From the human T2T-CHM13v2.0 reference genome, Homo sapiens: 64,000 nt of DNA. Position numbers and translations under genes: made by a program. The stretch lies in NCBI RefSeq assembly GCF_009914755.1, contig NC_060932.1. One strand, written 5' to 3'. The notes below the pieces were generated by a model, which was not told the DNA's origin, made no database searches, and saw nothing but the letters and a program-made list of their open reading frames with translations. Each line of letters starts with the position of its first letter. Position 1 is the first letter of the stretch. Shown in pieces: positions 63,132 to 64,000 of the stretch.

Positions 63132-63441
63132 GAAATATTCTAGAAGACAGGGTGAATTTGTTCCAGATGGTATTCCCTCTGAAAGAATCTGTTAGCCTGG
63201 CAAAGAGTAGATGACAAGGTTGACTCAGGGTTACTCCGTTGTACCACCAGCTGCTTCTTGGCCTTACCACCCGATTCTAGAAAGAGAAGCAAAACTAGCT
63301 GGTAGTAAGACTGAGACGCCCACCTGTTTTCACATTTTCTCTAGTGGAAACTTGAAGTTGTTCCTTCTGCCTAAAAGGCTCCTCTCTCTCTTCTTTCAGT
63401 TCTCTGCCCAAGTACCTCCTTCTTCTTGACCACTTTTCCTA

Positions 63442-63822
<381 letters not shown>

Positions 63823-64000
63823 TCACAGGAGATTATTTAAGTTCCACACAGAATGGGCCTGGATGGTATTGTTTTTCATGGTGCCCACAAATGTGCTGGC
63901 AAAATGTCAGACGCTCAAAAACATACTGGGTGAACGATCTACACAATGAAGGGAAGGATGGTTGCCAAAGCACCCTGACAGCACCTCCCGCAGCCTCCAC

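Noticed and set aside
63915-63975. KTYWVND YWTD-like reading near the window end
   Set aside because: Isolated motif without splice sites or surrounding propeller pattern.

Overview
Primate (human-like) genomic DNA with no intact protein-coding gene visible. Roughly half is interspersed repeat: more than 40 Alu/FLAM/FAM copies, L1 fragments from L1MB/MC to L1PA3-like, MaLR and ERV solo LTRs, hAT and Tc1/mariner MITEs, MIR and L2. Most long ORFs in the track are Alu, L1 or CpG-island artefacts. The main hidden signal is on the + strand from a CpG island at ~46.7-47.5 kb to 56.3 kb: a fossil, intron-containing gene of the LDL-receptor (LRP) family. Manual translation gives a signal-peptide-like first exon lacking its ATG, a calcium-binding EGF exon, two beta-propeller-type exons (one split by an AluSc-type insertion), a Pro-rich linker plus LDLa exon, and an EGF plus LDLa exon. 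Four of these five internal exons restore to phase 1-1 with lengths divisible by 3; the Alu-split exon starts in phase 1 but its 3' end is uncertain. They carry stops, frameshifts, lost cysteines and mutated splice acceptors, so this looks like an unprocessed, probably unitary, pseudogene. Secondary observations: a divergent pair of CTCF motifs, a duplication/hairpin scar at 48.6-48.8 kb, an antisense THE1 LTR with an adjacent donor, a MADE1 split by an Alu, and an AT-rich palindromic array. Repeat family names are recognised by eye, most repeat boundaries are approximate, and no database search was run.
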